A stretch of 64,000 nt of DNA, from assembly GCA_021399345.1 (NCBI GenBank), contig JAAFKI010000094.1, positions 1 to 64,000 on the forward strand, read 5' to 3'. Every line of letters starts with the position of its first letter. Within the stretch, counting starts at the first letter, position 1. The translations under genes and the position numbers were made by a program. The notes below the pieces were generated by a model that was given only the letters and a program-made list of their open reading frames with translations, was not told where the DNA came from and did no database searches. This DNA comes from Candidatus Heimdallarchaeota archaeon. Lineage in GTDB: Archaea > Asgardarchaeota > Heimdallarchaeia > Heimdallarchaeales > Heimdallarchaeaceae. Shown one piece after another: positions 1 to 10,187 of the stretch.

Positions 1-2
1 CT

Positions 3-491
3 AAGCCTGTTTATTGTCGAGAATGTTTTCAAGATCAAAAACCACAAGATAGATCTAGACAAGAAAGAAGATCTCCTAGTCGTTCTGGGAGTAAACCAAG
101 TTATCGGTCGTCTAACAGGTCTTCAGCAAGAACTGGAGATAGAAACAGAAGATCATCTGACAGAAGATCATCAGAGAGAGGGAACGTTGAACTTCATACT
201 GCAATTTGTGCTAAGTGCAAGAAAGAAACTCAGGTACCTTTCAAGCCCACAGGGACTAAGCCTGTTTTCTGCCGAGAGTGTTTTCAAAACCAAATGCTAG
301 AAGTTGAATCTGAACAGGTAACTAATGGTGAAGTTGTTGAAAGATTTGGAGATAGACCAGGTCCATATAGAACAAACAAAAGGATGCATCAAACTACCTG
401 TAGGACATGTAATAAGGAGATATTGATACCTTTCAAGCCAAAAACTAACAAACCTATATATTGTCCAGATTGTTACAAGAAAATAGAGTAA
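3..491 (+). CDS. 5'-partial CxxC-x17-CxxC repeat (zinc-ribbon) protein with Arg/Ser-rich linker
   Basis: Frame is open from base 3: KPVYCRECF...CAKCKKETQVPFKPTGTKPVFCRECF...CRTCNKEILIPFKPKTNKPIYCPDCY. The ORF track shows only the last 65 aa. Confidence 0.9.
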   Translation, partial: KPVYCRECFQDQKPQDRSRQERRSPSRSGSKPSYRSSNRSSARTGDRNRRSSDRRSSERGNVELHTAICAKCKKETQVPFKPTGTKPVFCRECFQNQMLEVESEQVTNGEVVERFGDRPGPYRTNKRMHQTTCRTCNKEILIPFKPKTNKPIYCPDCYKKIE

Positions 492-520
492 TAGATAAGA
501 ATCCAATAAGAGTTACTCAC

Positions 521-534
521 TTTCTCTTTTTTTA
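521..534 (+). terminator. oligo-T terminator
   Basis: TTTCTCTTTTTTTT about 30 nt after the stop at 491. Confidence 0.5.
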
Positions 535-588
535 TGGTTTTCATAGGAAAAATTATTATTTTGAACATCACTCTAGTCTTTTGAAATT

Positions 589-1773
589 ATGACCAGACTT
601 CTAATTGATGAAGGATTACAGCAAAAAGCTGAAGAAGATCTTCTGAAATTGTTGATTGGAGAGAATCTGCAACCAGAATCCTTCTACTACTCTCCTTATA
701 TTCTTAGAATAATCAATGAGAAGTTATTGAAAACTGGCATAAGTATAGGACTTGGAGAAAAAACTGATAGAAACCTAATCGATACTTACTGGAAAGATCT
801 AACACTTCCTATAGATGTTGATGTAATCATACGAAGAATTGACGGTATTAAAGTAAACTCTTCTCTTGAGTTAATTGTTTTAATAAAGGATGATACAACA
901 AGATCATTAATCTGGGATGATTTGTACAGTTTAAAAAAAATGAAACCAAGAAACGAAAGAGTTTTTCGAGGAACGTTTTCACAATTTGGAGATATTCTAG
1001 TTGACGAAATTCTTAATCAGTTATATGAGATTTTAGAGAAAAATTCCCTAAATTTCAAAGTAGAAAATTATATTCTAAAAAGAGAACAAGCATTAAAGGA
1101 CAATATATTGTTTGAATCTATGTTTTCATCAAATGTCAGTTTTTCTTGCTTGTTCTGCAATCTTTGTGAATTGCCTAGTAACTACTCAGTTAACCCTATA
1201 CCAAATAAAAATGAGCAACCCTTCCAAGAATTATTTACTGCAAAAAGGATATGCTTTCCTTCAAATTTAGTTTCTCTCTCTCTAGAAGAAGGAATCGAGA
1301 TTTCATCTGTAGTTAACAAAAGAATCGAAGAGTTTTGTTATCCTATAATTTATCTAAAGAATAAATCAGGAGATATTATTGATTTTCAACTTGCTCTAAG
1401 GCAAAAAAAAGGAGTCTGTGTTTTTCAAGATAATAAAAAAGGTAAATGTACAATCCATGAAAGTAAACCTCTAAGCTGTTTTAGTTACCCTTTTATGATA
1501 CATAAGGTATCTAACAATCATTTTACTATTGAAGTAGATTTCTCCTGTCCAGGAATAAGAGAAGAAAGTCAGCTTCCAGAAAATCATTTTATGGACGAAA
1601 TACATAGAAGAATAGCTGAAAAAAAAATTACCGATTTAAGCTTTAAGGAAATTCTGTCTTTGAAATGGGATCTATCAGAATATTACAGAGATAGAGAAAG
1701 AGTCTTGCAAGATGAGATTAGTGAAGCTTACAATCTCATTAGTGAAGAATATAGTTCAATGAATGAACAATAG
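589..1773 (+). CDS. YkgJ-family cysteine-cluster (putative Zn/Fe-S) protein with long N-terminal extension
   Basis: FSCLFCNLC, CVFQDNKKGKCTIHESKPLSCFSYPF and DFSCPGI motifs. Confidence 0.75.
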   Translation: MTRLLIDEGLQQKAEEDLLKLLIGENLQPESFYYSPYILRIINEKLLKTGISIGLGEKTDRNLIDTYWKDLTLPIDVDVIIRRIDGIKVNSSLELIVLIKDDTTRSLIWDDLYSLKKMKPRNERVFRGTFSQFGDILVDEILNQLYEILEKNSLNFKVENYILKREQALKDNILFESMFSSNVSFSCLFCNLCELPSNYSVNPIPNKNEQPFQELFTAKRICFPSNLVSLSLEEGIEISSVVNKRIEEFCYPIIYLKNKSGDIIDFQLALRQKKGVCVFQDNKKGKCTIHESKPLSCFSYPFMIHKVSNNHFTIEVDFSCPGIREESQLPENHFMDEIHRRIAEKKITDLSFKEILSLKWDLSEYYRDRERVLQDEISEAYNLISEEYSSMNEQ

Positions 1774-1898
1774 AGTTCAGATTCTTTTAACGTATATTCG
1801 CAAAAACTATTTATAGATAGAAGATTCAGATTCTAGGGTAAACAATAGATTCAAGTCTTAGAAAAAAGCTAGCTGAAGAATCTATTTCAACAAAAAAG

Positions 1899-2294
1899 GT
1901 GGATAAATCTCCAGCTAGTAGAAAAGATGTTACATATTTTTTTATTGCTGGTATTGTATGGTCTATAGTTTATCTCTTAATTCCTCTAATTGTGTGGCTT
2001 GTTACTAGAGACTGGATAGGTACACTTTCACTTTGTGGGAAAATAGGAATAGGTATGATAGCACTCAGCCTTTTTCTTCTAGCAGGTAGAGATAAACTTG
2101 GTGCTGCTACTGCAGGTAGATATATTCCTACTGCGAAAAGCTCTGCAGATAGTCGAGTATCTGAAACTGAACGTGAAGCAGCTAGAGAGAGTCTAGTTCT
2201 ACAAATAATGGCACCTATAGGTGTTTGGCTGCTATTATGGGGGATAATATTTGTCATACCTTTTGCGTTTGGAGTACCTTTCTTAATGAATTAA
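1899..2294 (+). CDS. small three-TM membrane protein; start uncertain
   Basis: Three hydrophobic segments; frame is open upstream to 1842. Confidence 0.65.
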   Translation: MDKSPASRKDVTYFFIAGIVWSIVYLLIPLIVWLVTRDWIGTLSLCGKIGIGMIALSLFLLAGRDKLGAATAGRYIPTAKSSADSRVSETEREAARESLVLQIMAPIGVWLLLWGIIFVIPFAFGVPFLMN

Positions 2295-2312
2295 AAAATG
2301 AGGAATCAACCT

Positions 2313-3704
2313 CTATTTTTCTATTTTATTAGCCGATATTTCTGTTGTTTTCTCCACCCAATGTTCAGGAGTAACATTAATTACTCTACCTTTCACATCC
2401 AAGAAGTCACCAAATAGTTTTGGTTTATCTTTCAGCTTCCGTTGAGAAGGTCTTTTCAAAATTAATGCGAACAGCCATTCTAAAGATAAATTAAAGTTCC
2501 ACTTTTCCCATAGCCACATTATTCCGAACCACACAGAGATTTCAATTCCAATAAGCAGAAATGTCATCCCCGTACTTAATCCCCACATAGTTCTAAATCC
2601 TTGATTTGGAAAGATATAGTGTAATATGACCCTAAGTACAGCTTGTAATGATGCAAAGGAATAAACTGATAGAGACAAAAATCCCACTCTTCTGCTGAAT
2701 CGTGACCATTTCAATCTCCTTTCCCAGTTAACTCCTTCATTATATTCATGTCCATGCATCAATCCAATTACTACAAACATTAACATTCCAATCGTTACAA
2801 AAACAAACCAAGTTGGATGAGCATGAAAAATAACTAAATCAAATGGATTAGCTGGAATCTTATCTACTGCGAATAACCAGATAACACCAAAGACAATAGA
2901 AGCACCTGCAAGCCCATAACCCCATAAAAGAAATTTATCTTTCTTAGGTTTCTTATCCTGAGAGATGTAGATTCCTAGGATTGAACCTACTACACTATAT
3001 CCAAAATGAGGCATCAATGGTGATTCCGTTGCTAGAAAATTATTTCCTAACATGCGAAGAATATAATCCCACCATCCTTTATCACCAATTTTGCTCAGAC
3101 GACCTCCTCCATGTAAATCAACTCCCCAGAAAATATTTCCAGCTTCATAAGCTGCTGGTGCAGGGAAGATAAACAAACATCCAACTATTGCAAATACAAT
3201 TGACATCACTAATGGTTTCTTTGTTTTCTCATTTGAGGTTAGGAAGTAAAATAATACTGCTGATATCATTATTGCCCAGGCGATATTTGCAAATTGATCT
3301 GCGTGATAGATATTTTGCCATTCAATGGAAGAAGTACCAGTTTCAACCCATTCCTTTGATAACTGCCATTGTGCAAGAAAAACATAAAAGAACATTGCCC
3401 ATAACCAAAGAAGCATCCCTTTCATAAGTTCTTGAACTAAAATCACCTCTCTTTTTATCCCTCTTCTGAGCTTCATGTTCATAATTAGCATATGAACGCA
3501 TGCACTAATTAACAGAAACAATCCTCTCCAATGACCAAAAACAATGATTAAGCCCATCATAATGTATCCTGAGGTATCCAATAACTCGGGGGTTTTTTCT
3601 GCTATACCTTCAACTTGACTTACTAACATGAAAGTATGAACCATTAAATTTCCAATTATTGCCCACCCTCTAAGGATATCAAAAGAGATGATTCTACTAG
3701 CCAT
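2313..3704 (-). CDS. multi-pass membrane acyltransferase-like protein (HGSNAT/DUF1624-like)
   Basis: N-terminal RIISFDILRGWAIIGNLMVH motif, ~10 TM segments, late GFLSLSVY and SLEWLF motifs. Confidence 0.7.
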   Translation of the reverse strand: MASRIISFDILRGWAIIGNLMVHTFMLVSQVEGIAEKTPELLDTSGYIMMGLIIVFGHWRGLFLLISACVHMLIMNMKLRRGIKREVILVQELMKGMLLWLWAMFFYVFLAQWQLSKEWVETGTSSIEWQNIYHADQFANIAWAIMISAVLFYFLTSNEKTKKPLVMSIVFAIVGCLFIFPAPAAYEAGNIFWGVDLHGGGRLSKIGDKGWWDYILRMLGNNFLATESPLMPHFGYSVVGSILGIYISQDKKPKKDKFLLWGYGLAGASIVFGVIWLFAVDKIPANPFDLVIFHAHPTWFVFVTIGMLMFVVIGLMHGHEYNEGVNWERRLKWSRFSRRVGFLSLSVYSFASLQAVLRVILHYIFPNQGFRTMWGLSTGMTFLLIGIEISVWFGIMWLWEKWNFNLSLEWLFALILKRPSQRKLKDKPKLFGDFLDVKGRVINVTPEHWVEKTTEISANKIEK

Positions 3705-3868
3705 AATGATTTGGTTTTGGAATAGTATAAAACTATTTTGTGACTTTCAGCTTAAACTTAAGAAACATCTTGAAAAATTAAGATATTTAATACAGTCCAG
3801 CATCACAATTCAGAAATATCTAATTTAGAAAAAAAAGAAGTTGAGTAGTATGAAAAAACTTGTTTACA

Positions 3869-4693
3869 TTACTCACTTTCTTCTGCTCTCCAGACATAGA
3901 AGGGTAATTCACAAACTTTTTCAAAACCATTTTTAGCTGCTATTGGTGCAGAAGTTCCTTCTTTAGCTTGAACAATTAGATGTTCAACCCCTTCAGTTTT
4001 AGCTTGATTATATCTCATTTTCAAAAATGCAGAGTAGATACCTTTTTTTCTATATTCTGGTAAAGTTGCTGCTCCACTTAAAAGAGCACAATTTGAATTA
4101 GGTATAGATAGTAGTGATCCAAATGCTACAGGTTTGTTGTCATTTTTTTCATAAGCTACATAGAGAGTGTAATCTAAACCTAAGAACATACTTCCCATTA
4201 GATTGAAAAGCTGACCTGAACCCTCTGGAGCTCCATAAGCCTTCTCGTAAACCTTTTGTATTTCAGGTGATTGTATTAATTCAGCAATTTTTTCATGTTT
4301 GAAAGATTTAAATTCAAATTCATCTGTTATTTCGATATCAAGTTGTTCAGAGAGTGGTCGTACCATCCCCAGTATAGGTATTTCATTTTTGAAACCAGAG
4401 TTCTCTAGTTTTTCTTTTAGATTAGAAGGTTCTGATTGAGGGGAAAGAATCCATCCAATTGACTTAAGTCCTAAGGAACTATAACTAGCTATTACCTCTT
4501 TGATTGTTTCTTCAGTTTGATCTTCCGGTAAACGTGACATACCTACACGATTTAATTCCTCAAAGTCTACCATTGGACAAATATAACCTTTCAATGATTC
4601 ATGTTTATATTTATCAATAACTCCTTCTACTCCTGGAGACATAAATAGCGAATATTCGATAGCATCCAGTATTTCTTTATCTTTTTGTGACAT
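3869..4693 (-). CDS. GNAT N-acetyltransferase
   Basis: ATLPEYRKKGIY acetyl-CoA motif A and KNGFEKV; start moved to MSQKDKE (4693) to remove the overlap. Confidence 0.85.
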   Translation of the reverse strand: MSQKDKEILDAIEYSLFMSPGVEGVIDKYKHESLKGYICPMVDFEELNRVGMSRLPEDQTEETIKEVIASYSSLGLKSIGWILSPQSEPSNLKEKLENSGFKNEIPILGMVRPLSEQLDIEITDEFEFKSFKHEKIAELIQSPEIQKVYEKAYGAPEGSGQLFNLMGSMFLGLDYTLYVAYEKNDNKPVAFGSLLSIPNSNCALLSGAATLPEYRKKGIYSAFLKMRYNQAKTEGVEHLIVQAKEGTSAPIAAKNGFEKVCELPFYVWRAEESE

Positions 4694-4751
4694 AGAATCA
4701 CTACATGTAACAATCATATTAAGGTTAAAAGCATTTGCCAAAAGAAAGAAG

Positions 4752-5204
4752 CTAATTATCTTCATTTAAAGCTTGAATTGCTAGATTGTAGAAATAATTA
4801 TCATAAACCTCAACATCATCACTGAAAGTAAGATAAACCCCTCCAGTACTGTGGCCAATAATTGTGTTGTTGTATATTTTACCTGTTCCAGCTTCCACAT
4901 TACTTAATCTAATTCCATTATACAGATTTTCAACCAGTCGATTATTTCTTATTACAAAATAATTTTTAGTATTAGAGATTGATATGCCTCTTTTCACTTG
5001 ATTTTCAATCACTAGATTCTCAATCACAAAGGGATCTTCTGCTGAACCTGTTCCCTTAAATTTATAGTTGTTGAAATCTTTATCAGACTCGATTTCAATA
5101 TAATTGTGGTCACCTCTCATTAGAACTAAAGGTAAGACAACACCTAGACCTATTAGTAGAAGAAAAACGGTGGACCCAATTAAACTATTAATTCTCTTTC
5201 TCAC
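4752..5204 (-). pseudogene. truncated membrane-anchored parallel beta-helix (NosD-like) surface protein
   Basis: N-terminal TM, HNYIEIESDKDF..GTGSAEDPFVIE cap and about four NN-containing rungs, then an early stop. Confidence 0.5.
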
Positions 5205-5305
5205 AGTTCAGTTCTGTACATTGAACAATTTTAATATTTCTAAATTACACATTTCGCATTGCATTCATGCTTAAAGTTAAAACTTTGTATGAGAATAATA
5301 TTTTG

Positions 5306-6766
5306 ATGAGGAATCTTAGTTCTATAATAGCCGGTTTTTCTCTAGTAATTGCCATTATACCTATTTTCCTCGAACCAATCGTTAAATACCACTTCATGCC
5401 AATTTTTAAGATATCTATGCTGATTATTGCAGTAACTATTGCCTTAATTCTGATAACTAAAAAAGAAAGATTAGACCGAAAATACCTGATTCCTTTGACG
5501 ATAACTCTTTTTCTTTTTATGGTGGCAGAGACTTTGGCTTTTCTTCATATTTTAGACTCAAATTTAGCATATATTACAATTACCAATACTCTTCTATTGG
5601 ATATTTTCATTCACATTATATCTATTATTGCAATAATTCCTTTGTATGTCTTGTTAATCAGTCAGATCAGAAAAGCTGAGAAACATATACCAAGAAGAGT
5701 AAAATTATCAAGTATCTTTGTTACAATTTTTTTAATTATAGTTGTTTCTCCTTTAATTACAGCATACAGTGCAGCAATGATAGCAGCAAAGGATTATTTC
5801 AGCTTAGTATTTGGGATAGTGTTTATAATAATTGACCTAGATATCTTAGCAATAGCTTTAACTTTCATTTACTTAAACTGGAAAGTGCGTTCACCTCTTT
5901 TTTGGATAACTGTAGGAGCAGCATGGTTCTTTAAATTAGCTGGGGATTCGACCAAAAGTTACTTTTTAGCAAAAGGTATATATGATATTGGAACAGTTCC
6001 TGATCTTTTCATTAATGTGTGTTATGCGTTGTTTGTTGTTGGAATTATCACAATGATAGAACAATATGAAAAACCTTTAACGATTTCAGAAATAGAGAAA
6101 GAACGTAAACAATATCAAACTTTGTATGAGGAAATGAACATTTTTGCTAAAGATTTAGTCACAGTAACTTCGTTATTACGTCATGATTTGTTAAATGATC
6201 TGGTTGTAATTCAGAGTGGAATAGAACTGTTTGAAGAAACTAATAAACACGAATTTCTAGAAAGAGCTGTGAGTAGAGTTGATACAGTAGCTGAAAGGTT
6301 AGATCTTCTCAAATCTGAATCAAAATTACTAGAATCTCTTAAAATTCAACCAATAGAAATTAGTATAATTAACAATGTAGCTGAATCTTTTGACAATGTT
6401 ACAATCCATTCATATCCTTCTAACATAAAAGTTAATGCAAATAGATTACTTTACCCGATATTGTTTAACTTCATACAAAATGCATTCCAGCATGCAGGTA
6501 AAGGGATAGATGTTGAAGTAAAGATTGAGGAGCAAAACGATGAGATTGTTATTTCTGTTAGTGATAATGGAAAAGGAATATCTGAAGAAGATAAGAAGCA
6601 AATCTTTCAACAAGGATACAGAGGAACAGATAAGGGAGTAAGTGGGATGGGATTGTTTTTAGCAAAAATTGTTATTGAAACCTATGGAGGCTCCATAAAA
6701 GTCAAAGATAATAAACCCAAAGGTACTATTTTCGAAATCAAGCTAAAAAAAGTCAAAAAGGAATAA
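5306..6766 (+). CDS. membrane-bound sensor histidine kinase
   Basis: ~8 TM N-terminus; H-box LRHDLLNDL, N-box NFIQNAFQH, DNGKGI, GMGLFL, GTIF. Alternative start at 5267. Confidence 0.93.
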   Translation: MRNLSSIIAGFSLVIAIIPIFLEPIVKYHFMPIFKISMLIIAVTIALILITKKERLDRKYLIPLTITLFLFMVAETLAFLHILDSNLAYITITNTLLLDIFIHIISIIAIIPLYVLLISQIRKAEKHIPRRVKLSSIFVTIFLIIVVSPLITAYSAAMIAAKDYFSLVFGIVFIIIDLDILAIALTFIYLNWKVRSPLFWITVGAAWFFKLAGDSTKSYFLAKGIYDIGTVPDLFINVCYALFVVGIITMIEQYEKPLTISEIEKERKQYQTLYEEMNIFAKDLVTVTSLLRHDLLNDLVVIQSGIELFEETNKHEFLERAVSRVDTVAERLDLLKSESKLLESLKIQPIEISIINNVAESFDNVTIHSYPSNIKVNANRLLYPILFNFIQNAFQHAGKGIDVEVKIEEQNDEIVISVSDNGKGISEEDKKQIFQQGYRGTDKGVSGMGLFLAKIVIETYGGSIKVKDNKPKGTIFEIKLKKVKKE

Positions 6767-6868
6767 AAATTGTGAATTTCCTCAAAATAATGGTTGATTT
6801 CTCAATCTGTTTATTTAATGACTTATGACGACAATCTTTAAGTATTATGAACTGTTAAAATTAATATT

Positions 6869-7693
6869 ATGAGAAAAATAATCGCACTCACATGTATTAT
6901 ATTTCTTTTTGTATTATTTACTCCAAAGGATACTATATCTATGGAAGAAATTGGTGTAATTGTACAACCTAATGCTATCGATGTCATAGATTTTTCTGCT
7001 CCTTCAATAGTTCTAAACGTGTCGTCATATAATGCAACAGGTGAACTTTTTGGTTCAATCATTGAAGATGATTCAAACATAGAAAGTTACCAAATTTTGC
7101 TGAATGGTACTGATATAACAGACACTGTACTAGATTCATCTTCCTCCCATCTTGTTACCTTTTCTTTTAATGCGAACGATATTTTTAATCATGTAACAGG
7201 TTTACATAATTATTTAGAAATTATTGCTGCTAACGATGGTATAGCTCCATCTCCATTTCCAACCTTCAAACAAGGTGGTGCTGGTGGAGGAGGAGGATTC
7301 TTATTCTGTGACGATCAAGAGTGTTGGGGACCATTACCGTTACATCCGGACTCCTCTAATAAAGAACATCCTGAAATAGATACACTTGTAAATGATACAA
7401 CTGCGCCTTTTGGGTTTTTTGATTTATCTAATTTTCCATGTTGTGGAAATATTGTTTATTTAAATCATACCGATTATGAATCTTCAGTCAATTATACTAG
7501 TACAATCACAACTTTAGATACTAAATCATATTATGCAAATAATTCTGAAGGAATTTCCCAAAGAATAAATATAACTTGGATAGCTGAAGAAACAATTCCA
7601 ACTCCAACCCCTACTTCCTATTTTGCCTTTAGTAGTCTCTTATTCATTGTTATAATTGCAGTATATGTGAAAAGAAAGAAATTTAGAACATAG
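6869..7693 (+). CDS. secreted or cell-surface protein with C-terminal TM anchor and basic tail
   Basis: Signal-like N-terminus; PTPTPT linker, hydrophobic stretch and KRKKFRT end. Confidence 0.75.
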   Translation: MRKIIALTCIIFLFVLFTPKDTISMEEIGVIVQPNAIDVIDFSAPSIVLNVSSYNATGELFGSIIEDDSNIESYQILLNGTDITDTVLDSSSSHLVTFSFNANDIFNHVTGLHNYLEIIAANDGIAPSPFPTFKQGGAGGGGGFLFCDDQECWGPLPLHPDSSNKEHPEIDTLVNDTTAPFGFFDLSNFPCCGNIVYLNHTDYESSVNYTSTITTLDTKSYYANNSEGISQRINITWIAEETIPTPTPTSYFAFSSLLFIVIIAVYVKRKKFRT

Positions 7694-7695
7694 AA

Positions 7696-7706
7696 TTTTT
7701 TTTTTT
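7696..7706 (+). terminator. oligo-T terminator
   Basis: Run of 11 T two bases after the stop at 7693. Confidence 0.6.
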
Positions 7707-7728
7707 ACAATTAAATATTGAGTGCTAA

Positions 7729-10029
7729 TCAATTGCTGAAAATTTCTTCAATGTAGCTTGATAAACTAGTTCTTTCTTCAGAATTTAGCGATTGATTGCT
7801 TCGAATAGCATTTTCAATCATTTTTTTAATATCTTTATTTGAATCAACAATCTCAATAAATTTGTTTAATTTTTTGATCCCATTGTAAGATTTACCTATG
7901 AAAATATAACTAACATAAATTTTGTTTACTTCATCAATTAAAAATGTAAATTCCTTATTCTTTACTCTCACCTGCTTCTTATCTACTGAAGGAGAGAAAG
8001 TATTCTTGATTGTTAATAGTACTTCATCGTATATTCTTTCCCCCAAATTCTCGTCAAAATATCCAGAATAAAGGATTATTCCATCTTGTGATTGCATGAG
8101 AAACATTACTGGAAGTTCAGATTCACTTTCGACTTCAGGTCCTAAGGCAGATCTTCTTCCTACTATTTGTTTTAGTCTATCTTCAATATGTGATAATTCT
8201 AATTTCTCTGCTATTGTGGGCAATTTCATTGTGAAGTCCTCCCACAAATCTATTTGATCTAACAGGTTATCATGCTCATTCGAGATTTTTATTGCTATTT
8301 TTATAATACCCTTTTCTTCTGCTATTTCTAGTGCTTCTGTTAAAATATTTTGAGCTTCGTCTACTTTAAGTTCAACAAGAGCAAATTCAGCTTGAAGAAG
8401 CATTACTTCAACAAGTAAAGCGAAAGAATTTTGTCTTTTAGCTATACTTTCAAGGTTATTGAGGTGATCACTAACCTCTTCTAGAAGACTCTCTTCACCA
8501 GTTTTACACATCTCCCAAATTAGGATTTCGGTTAGATTAAGTAAAGATTCAATTGTAATCATGTAGTCTACTACTTCTTCTTTTGCTAATTGTTCAAGAA
8601 ATACTGCAGACTTTTGGATTTCTCTTTCATTTCCTGTTCTTTTTAGAAATAAGGCTTCTGATAATCTGTATAATTGTGCAATATTCTGGTTCTCAGTTTC
8701 CTTTGATAGAGTAAGTAATTTTTTCAGAAATCCTTCGGCTATTTTATTTAGTTTTAAGTCTAGATTGATCTGAATCAAACTCTTAAGTGAATATGAGACA
8801 AGATATACCTTCTTTATCTGTTCTCTTAATTGTAAACTTTGAAGAAAGGATTTTGATGAACCTTCCAGATCACCTTTTTGTTGTGATAGATTTCCAAGAG
8901 CATAATATAAATTACTTAGAGTTTCCAATCTTTCATATTCAATAGCAATCGGTAATGCTTTTCTGTAATTTTCCTCTGCTTCATCTAATTCACCTTTGAG
9001 GGAATATATTTTTCCAGTTTCGTACAAAGCTATTGCTATAGCATTTTGATCATTATGTTCTTCCTTAATTCGATAATATTCTTTCAAATTTTTCAGTGAA
9101 ACTTCGTAATCTCCCATATCACGATTTATTCCTGAAATATCAAGAATGGCTTTTGCTTCTTCGTGAACTAAATTCTTGCGTTCATAAATCGTCTTGCTCT
9201 TTAAATAATTTTCAAGGGCTTTTTCTTGGTTCCCTGAATGTTTGTAGATGTAGCCCATTCTATGGTGTACTAAGGCAAGTGAGGCTTCATCTTCTAATTC
9301 TTCAAATATTAACAGAGATTTACTTACTGTTTCTAAAGCTTGACTTAAAATTCCCTGATTGTAGAACATTCCTGCTTTACTCACATAATATTCTGCAAGA
9401 GGACGTTTATATCCCAAATCAGTAAATATTTCAAAACTTTGATCCCAAAAACTATTAGCAGTATCATATTCTCCTAAGTTGAAAAGTGCTTTTCCAGTCC
9501 ATAAAAGACTATCAGCGATTCCATATAAATCTGGAATTTTTCTGTTCTCCTTTAAACTCTCTTCAAAGAAATCAATTGATTCAAAGAATTTGCTAGTTAA
9601 GACATAGTGAATACCCTTAACCATATTAAACTGGGCATTTCTTCTAATATAGTTCTCACTACCTCCTCGTTTGAATAGCGTTAATGCTTCTTCTACCTGA
9701 GCTAGATTATCATCACAGAGTTCACTTTGTCTGATATTACTGCAAATTAGTGCTTTTTCTAAAAGAATATCAATATGGTAAAAGCTAATATCAAGTTCTT
9801 CGATATCTTCCAGCAGTTGTTCACATAGTAATTGGGCACCATCAAATTCTTTAGCTGCAACTAGAATTGACAGTTTTTTAATGTTGAACTTTAAAATCTC
9901 CTCTGGATTAAAATTTTCATGCCAAAGATTTTCTAGAGTATCTTCTATTCTCTCTAGTGCAGCTGCAAATCTTCCGTCTTTATAGAGATTTTCCACCTCT
10001 TCAAGAATTTCGTCTGTACCCTCTGACAT
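7729..10029 (-). CDS. tetratricopeptide-repeat protein with C-terminal longin-like domain
   Basis: Many TPRs (e.g. LALVHHRMGYIYKHSGNQEKALENYLKS); C-terminal PVMFLMQSQDGIILYS..FTFLIDE..YVSYIFIGKSY. Start MSEG at 10029. Confidence 0.85.
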   Translation of the reverse strand: MSEGTDEILEEVENLYKDGRFAAALERIEDTLENLWHENFNPEEILKFNIKKLSILVAAKEFDGAQLLCEQLLEDIEELDISFYHIDILLEKALICSNIRQSELCDDNLAQVEEALTLFKRGGSENYIRRNAQFNMVKGIHYVLTSKFFESIDFFEESLKENRKIPDLYGIADSLLWTGKALFNLGEYDTANSFWDQSFEIFTDLGYKRPLAEYYVSKAGMFYNQGILSQALETVSKSLLIFEELEDEASLALVHHRMGYIYKHSGNQEKALENYLKSKTIYERKNLVHEEAKAILDISGINRDMGDYEVSLKNLKEYYRIKEEHNDQNAIAIALYETGKIYSLKGELDEAEENYRKALPIAIEYERLETLSNLYYALGNLSQQKGDLEGSSKSFLQSLQLREQIKKVYLVSYSLKSLIQINLDLKLNKIAEGFLKKLLTLSKETENQNIAQLYRLSEALFLKRTGNEREIQKSAVFLEQLAKEEVVDYMITIESLLNLTEILIWEMCKTGEESLLEEVSDHLNNLESIAKRQNSFALLVEVMLLQAEFALVELKVDEAQNILTEALEIAEEKGIIKIAIKISNEHDNLLDQIDLWEDFTMKLPTIAEKLELSHIEDRLKQIVGRRSALGPEVESESELPVMFLMQSQDGIILYSGYFDENLGERIYDEVLLTIKNTFSPSVDKKQVRVKNKEFTFLIDEVNKIYVSYIFIGKSYNGIKKLNKFIEIVDSNKDIKKMIENAIRSNQSLNSEERTSLSSYIEEIFSN

Positions 10030-10187
10030 ACAGTTAGCCCTCAAACAAAAATGTATTTCTCATTCTTAAATATAAAATGTTACCTTCATATTATATACTA
10101 AATATATAAACGGGGGAATCTCTTTATATAGGTGTTGTAAAAAACATAATATTGTCGGTTCAACCTTTATCCTAAGCAGGAATTATC

